The notes under the pieces are model-generated. The model saw only the letters and a program-made list of their open reading frames with translations, made no database searches and was not told the DNA's origin. The translations under genes and the position numbers were made by a program. Source: Alphaproteobacteria bacterium (GTDB taxonomy: Bacteria > Pseudomonadota > Alphaproteobacteria > Rs-D84). Taken from it: a DNA stretch of 64,000 nt. This document shows positions 59,671-64,000 of the stretch, piece after piece. Location of the stretch: positions 73,160 to 137,159 of the forward strand of contig JAFWJF010000007.1 in assembly GCA_017511715.1 (NCBI GenBank), written 5' to 3'. Every line of letters begins with the position of its first letter. Positions within the stretch are counted from its first letter, which is position 1.

Positions 59671-59993
59671 TTTCCGTGACTTAACACGTGCAAAAATATA
59701 CTAATTATAAATAAAACTGTTATCACGGACAGAATTATTTTCTGTTTCTTGTGAGATTTTTCGTCATCACATTCCGAACATGGGCAATCTGGTAAAATTA
59801 ATACCCACGACACCCCCAACATCAACGCAGAAAAAACAAACAGCCACGGTTCCAACCATTCAGGAATCAAAGAAGAGTGCGCGAATTCAGGCGCAAACAA
59901 ACCGACCACCGCCAAAACTATCGGCAACACACAGCAAAACAAATGTGGCAAAACAGATGCGATTATTCCTATTTTTACGGCTTTGTTTTTCAT
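59667..59993 (-). CDS. MerC/MerT-like small metal-binding membrane protein
   Basis: Three TM segments, HLFCCVLP vicinal Cys in TM1, CPCSEC..H loop. Confidence 0.6.
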   Translation of the reverse strand: MKNKAVKIGIIASVLPHLFCCVLPIVLAVVGLFAPEFAHSSLIPEWLEPWLFVFSALMLGVSWVLILPDCPCSECDDEKSHKKQKIILSVITVLFIISIFLHVLSHGN

Positions 59994-60032
59994 ATTTGCG
60001 TTTTCCTTGATTATATCATTTACTAAAACTTA

Positions 60033-60108
60033 TGGCGTCCCCAGCAGAACTCGAATCTGCATCTAATCCTTAGGAGGGATTTGTTCTATCCAACTGAACT
60101 ATGGGGAC
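60033..60108 (-). tRNA. tRNA-Arg(CCT)
   Basis: Reverse complement GTCCCCA..AATCC-CTCCTAA-GGATT..GCAGA-TTCGAGT-TCTGC-TGGGGAC-GCCA. Confidence 0.93.
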
Positions 60109-60214
60109 AGATGACTTAATTGTACATCAATAAAAAAATAAATCAATATTTAGTGATTGCTTTCTATGAAAGAGTCTGTATAATGATAACTATAATGAAA
60201 GGTAGATATATACT

Positions 60215-60505
60215 ATGGCAACGATAACACGTATAGATTTAGCAAACGCCCTTCGCAATCGCTTCGGTTTGACTGCGACAGATTCTTATCGGATGATAGA
60301 TATTATATTTAGTGAAATTGAAGAATCTTTGGTAAATGGCGAAGAAGTAAAAATCACAGGTTTTGGGACATTCAAAATATTATCAAAATCTGCACGCATT
60401 GGTCGCAATCCTAAAACAGGCGTACCCGCAGTAATATCTGCACGCAATGTTGCCGCTTTTCACCCAAGCAGTGAATTTAGAAAAATAGTTTCAAACAAAA
60501 AATAA
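60215..60505 (+). CDS. HU/IHF family DNA-binding protein (IHF-alpha-like)
   Basis: TITRIDLA..GEEVKITGFGTF..RIGRNPKTG..ISAR.V..F.PS. Confidence 0.92.
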   Translation: MATITRIDLANALRNRFGLTATDSYRMIDIIFSEIEESLVNGEEVKITGFGTFKILSKSARIGRNPKTGVPAVISARNVAAFHPSSEFRKIVSNKK

Positions 60506-60516
60506 AAGGATATACA

Positions 60517-60780
60517 ATGGCAAAGAAAAGCATCAACTATGCCGGCATGGACGACATGTTTGTTCAACAGGCAATTGACGAAAAAACAGCTTCGTTTGAA
60601 GTCGCCCGTGAAAAATTAGAACAGGAAATTCGCGATTTGGAAAACTTTGATGGCGTGAACGATTCTGGGCTTTCTGCGGCGGAAAACAGAAATGAAATAA
60701 ATTATCTAAAAGAAGAAATAAGATACTTGGAAAAAAAGTATTATGAAGATATCTCGAAATTGAAAACAAACCAAAAATAA
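60517..60780 (+). CDS. Hypothetical acidic coiled-coil protein
   Basis: ORF with AAGGA RBS directly after the IHF gene; terminator at 60779-60804. Confidence 0.6.
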   Translation: MAKKSINYAGMDDMFVQQAIDEKTASFEVAREKLEQEIRDLENFDGVNDSGLSAAENRNEINYLKEEIRYLEKKYYEDISKLKTNQK

Positions 60781-60806
60781 AAAAACGCCGTTTGGCGTTT
60801 TTTATT

Positions 60807-62789
60807 TTACCATAACTTAACACGTTTTTCTGGTTTCAGGTATAAGTTATCCGCTGTACCGATATTGAACACTTCGTACCATGCTTCGACATGTGGTAAT
60901 ATACCATTTACACGCCAACGCGATAAAGAATGTTCATCCATCTTTGTTCTGCGCAAAATTTCTGCATCACGAATATTACCCGCTTCCGTCATGGCATAAG
61001 CCACAAAGAACCTCTGTTCTGGCGTCATACCAATTGCATTTTCTGATTTTTCCCCGAATTTCTTATAGGCATCAAAGGCAATCGTCACACCACCGTAATC
61101 AGCCAAATTTTCACCCAACGTAAATTCACCGTTTGCATAAGTATCTGGCGCAACCAGAATATTGTTAAAGTGTTCTTTCATTTTATTTGTTCTTGCCGTA
61201 AACTTTTCAGCATCGTTTTCGGTCCACCAATCTTTCATGTTCCCGTCTTTGTCAAAATGCCGTCCAGAATCATCAAAACCGTGTGTCATTTCATGTCCAA
61301 TCACAGAACCTATTGCGCCATAATTAAACGCATCGTCCGCAGACATATCAAAAAACGGATATTGCAATATTCCAGCCGGAAAACAAATTTCATTATTGGA
61401 CGGATCATAATAAGCGTTTACTTCATGAGCATTCATATACCAAATACTTGGGTCTTTTTCTTTGCCTATTTTATTCAACCAAAACTTATCTTCAAATTCA
61501 CTGACCCGCATCATATTTGCATAAAGCGAATCATCTTTGATTTCCAACGCCGAATAATCACGCCATTTATCTGGATACCCAATTTTAGCATTAAATTTTT
61601 TCAACTTTTCAATTGCGCGTTTTTTAGTGTCTTCGCCCATCCATGTTAAATTTTCAATTCTGTTTTCATATGCGCGCTGTAAATTTTTCACTAATTTTTC
61701 CATACGTTTTTTTGCATCACTGGAAAAATATTTTTTTACATATAATTCACCCACCATTTCCCCCAACGAACCATCAATCATAGCAACCGCCCTTTTCCAA
61801 CGCGGTTTTGGTTCTTTTTGATCAGACAAAACGCGATTATAAAAATCAAAAGCAATATCATATGTCTTGTCGTCCAAAAATGCAGACGAACCATTTATGA
61901 TTCGATATTTAAGATAAGTTTTTATCAATTCTAAATCAGTATCATTTATTATTGCGATTGATTCCATTATTGGTTCTGGCTGATTGATATTTATATAATC
62001 TGTTTTTACACCACGTTCGGAAAAATAAGTATCCCAATCAAAACCGCTAAATTCAGCCTTGAATTCATCCATCGTTTTTTTGTGATAGTTTGCCAATGGG
62101 TCGCGCAATTTTTCTTTTTTGTAAAAAGATTTTGCCATGCGTTCTTCCAGCGCATACAATTTTTCAACATCAACAGTTTCGCCAAAATTGCTCATTTGTT
62201 TTTTTATGTATTCTTTGTATTTTTTGCGAACTTGTTTTGATTTCGCATCGTTATCAAAATAGTAATCACGCGAAAGACCTGTACCACTTTGCCCGATGTT
62301 ATAAAGGTAATGAGTACTGTCCATTTCATCTAATCCAACGCCATCGCCCCAAAATGCAGATGAAAACCGATGCATTTTTCCCAAGTACTTTGGCAATTCA
62401 CTTTTTGATTTAATCGCATTTATTTCATCAAGATAAGGTTTTACAGGGAACGTTTTTTCCATATTTAATTTTTCATCATCCATCGCAATTTTATAAAGCA
62501 ACCCTATTTTACCATTGTCGTTTTCAACAATTTCACGAACCCGTTTATTATTTTCTTCAATTAGCATATCAAAAGAACCATAGCGTGTATAATCATCCGG
62601 AATTGGATTATTTTTTCGCCAACCTAATGTTGCATAATCATAAAAATCATTTCCAGGATTAACACTTAAATTCATATTTTCTGTTTTTATACCAACTTGC
62701 ATTACTTTCCCCCTTGTTATAAAAAATGCGACAATCAGTGCAATACATACCGCAACAATTCCCATGATGTTATAAAATTTGTTTTTCAT
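60807..62789 (-). CDS. M13 family metallopeptidase (PepO/neprilysin-like)
   Basis: PGNDFYDYA, KIGYPDKW, VNAYY, FPAGILQ, GHEMTHGFD, GENLAD. Confidence 0.95.
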   Translation of the reverse strand: MKNKFYNIMGIVAVCIALIVAFFITRGKVMQVGIKTENMNLSVNPGNDFYDYATLGWRKNNPIPDDYTRYGSFDMLIEENNKRVREIVENDNGKIGLLYKIAMDDEKLNMEKTFPVKPYLDEINAIKSKSELPKYLGKMHRFSSAFWGDGVGLDEMDSTHYLYNIGQSGTGLSRDYYFDNDAKSKQVRKKYKEYIKKQMSNFGETVDVEKLYALEERMAKSFYKKEKLRDPLANYHKKTMDEFKAEFSGFDWDTYFSERGVKTDYININQPEPIMESIAIINDTDLELIKTYLKYRIINGSSAFLDDKTYDIAFDFYNRVLSDQKEPKPRWKRAVAMIDGSLGEMVGELYVKKYFSSDAKKRMEKLVKNLQRAYENRIENLTWMGEDTKKRAIEKLKKFNAKIGYPDKWRDYSALEIKDDSLYANMMRVSEFEDKFWLNKIGKEKDPSIWYMNAHEVNAYYDPSNNEICFPAGILQYPFFDMSADDAFNYGAIGSVIGHEMTHGFDDSGRHFDKDGNMKDWWTENDAEKFTARTNKMKEHFNNILVAPDTYANGEFTLGENLADYGGVTIAFDAYKKFGEKSENAIGMTPEQRFFVAYAMTEAGNIRDAEILRRTKMDEHSLSRWRVNGILPHVEAWYEVFNIGTADNLYLKPEKRVKLW

Positions 62790-63841
62790 TTTACTATATC
62801 CACAATTATATCGTCCAATATCAATAAGCCTGTGTTCGTAGTATGCAAATATTCACCTGTCTTTTCAACCAAATCTTTATGGGAATTTATCCAATCAAAA
62901 TCAAGTTTATTTTTAACATCTTCACTCAATTTAACACCACGCATTGTTCGCATACCAGTTAATATTTTTTCTGTTGCGCGAACATCGTCTGATATTTCAT
63001 TAAAAAGTTCCCAGTTGCCCCGTTGTTCAAACCAAGCATTATTGAAATAAACACGACCTGCCGCACCTTGCCCGACACCTATATATGCTTCACCAGACCA
63101 AACGTTTACATTATGCTGACATTCACTGCCTGGTTTAGCATAATTAGAAACCTCATACCGGGGCAAAGATAAAACCTGTGGAATCATGTTATACATCTGT
63201 GCCATTTCTTCGTTATCTGGCATATCCAAATTCATTTTTCCAAATGGCGTATTTGCTTCAATCGTCAATTCATACATCGACACGTGCGACAAACCAAGAG
63301 TATTTATACCTTTACACAAATCGACAACATTTTGCACAGATTGGTTGGGCAATCCATAAATAAAATCTGCATTAACGCGCAAACCAATGTTCATCGCATT
63401 TTCTAATAAATTCATCGCAGTTTTAACATCGTGCCTGCGCCCAAGGAATTTCAATTCCATATCATTCAATGATTGCACACCTACCGACAATCGATTTACA
63501 CCATTTTGTACAAAGCCTGATAATTTTTCTTTATCCAATGTACCTGGGTTTGATTCCAGTGTTATTTCGCAATCTTTATTAACAGAAAACTTGCGATTGA
63601 TACAATCTATTATTTGTTCAAATATTGAAACTGGCATCAAAGACGGCGTGCCACCACCAAAAAATATTGTTGGGATATTTATTTTTCCTAATTTTTCAGC
63701 CCAAAAATCTAACTCTTTGCAAATAGCATCTGCATATTTTGTCCAATCTGGGCTTTGACACGCAACAGAATAAAAAGCGCAATAATTGCACTTTGACATA
63801 CAAAACGGAACATGAATATATAAATTATGCGCTTTGTTCAT
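62786..63841 (-). CDS. hemW: Radical SAM heme chaperone HemW
   Basis: LYIHVPFCMSKCNYCAF, FGGGTPS, RLSVGVQS, YEVSNY, HNVNVW. Confidence 0.9.
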   Translation of the reverse strand: MNKAHNLYIHVPFCMSKCNYCAFYSVACQSPDWTKYADAICKELDFWAEKLGKINIPTIFFGGGTPSLMPVSIFEQIIDCINRKFSVNKDCEITLESNPGTLDKEKLSGFVQNGVNRLSVGVQSLNDMELKFLGRRHDVKTAMNLLENAMNIGLRVNADFIYGLPNQSVQNVVDLCKGINTLGLSHVSMYELTIEANTPFGKMNLDMPDNEEMAQMYNMIPQVLSLPRYEVSNYAKPGSECQHNVNVWSGEAYIGVGQGAAGRVYFNNAWFEQRGNWELFNEISDDVRATEKILTGMRTMRGVKLSEDVKNKLDFDWINSHKDLVEKTGEYLHTTNTGLLILDDIIVDIVK

Positions 63842-63939
63842 AGTGAAATTTATCATAGCCTACGAAAAATAAAATTCAACCGAAACAAATGCTTCCCTTA
63901 CTTAATTTTTTGTGTTATAATCAATCGTACGAAAGGAAT

Positions 63940-64000
63940 ATGAAGAACAAATTTTTAGTTTTTTTATGCTCAATAACGGCTTCATCTGCATCTTTTGCGG
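63940..64000 (+). CDS. Start of a secreted protein (partial)
   Basis: AAGGA RBS, then MKNKFLVFLCSITASSASFA signal peptide; open to the window end. Confidence 0.55.
   Translation, partial: MKNKFLVFLCSITASSASFA

Noticed and set aside
15176-60804. Recurrent AAAACGCC..GGCGTTTT palindromes as a REP/MITE family
   Set aside because: They are short, always just downstream of stop codons and flanked by A/T tracts, so are best explained as ordinary bidirectional terminators.

Overview
AT-rich bacterial chromosome segment with no prophage, integrase, IS or CRISPR array that I can detect. Gene style (msbA, ihfA-like, alphaproteobacterial-type argS/hemW, many secreted Cys/Thr-rich hypotheticals, anaerobic metabolism) suggests a small-genome gut Alphaproteobacterium such as Rs-D84/'Ca. 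Enterousia'. That assignment is inference only. Housekeeping genes: clpB (partial, lacks the N-domain), rpmB, class III RNR with NrdR boxes, ppdK, msbA, argS, lgt, ferredoxin, glyQS, trhP-like U32, cvpA, HU/IHF, M13 peptidase, hemW, and four tRNAs (Leu-CAA, Ser-TGA, Thr-TGT, Arg-CCT). Three accessory blocks stand out. (1) 15.3-21.8 kb: seven tandem secreted proteins share an N-terminal T-x-x-Y-V(KGAY) motif and/or a C-terminal I-x-x-x-[TDE]-x-[WF] motif around interchangeable phage-tail-fibre-like modules, with no autotransporter anchor. This is my best candidate for an undescribed surface-fibre system. (2) 23.8-36.4 kb: a rearranged aryl-polyene-type PKS cluster with a split ApeJ and a GT2-LolA fusion. 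(3) 39.5-45.0 kb: an AT-rich radical SAM/SPASM-HD-PcfJ-like-iminopeptidase-GT4 operon beside tRNA-Ser. Also notable are a stand-alone glycyl-radical domain for NrdD and a covarying twin-hairpin leader before an OMP gene. All product calls come from motif recognition by eye; no database searches were run.
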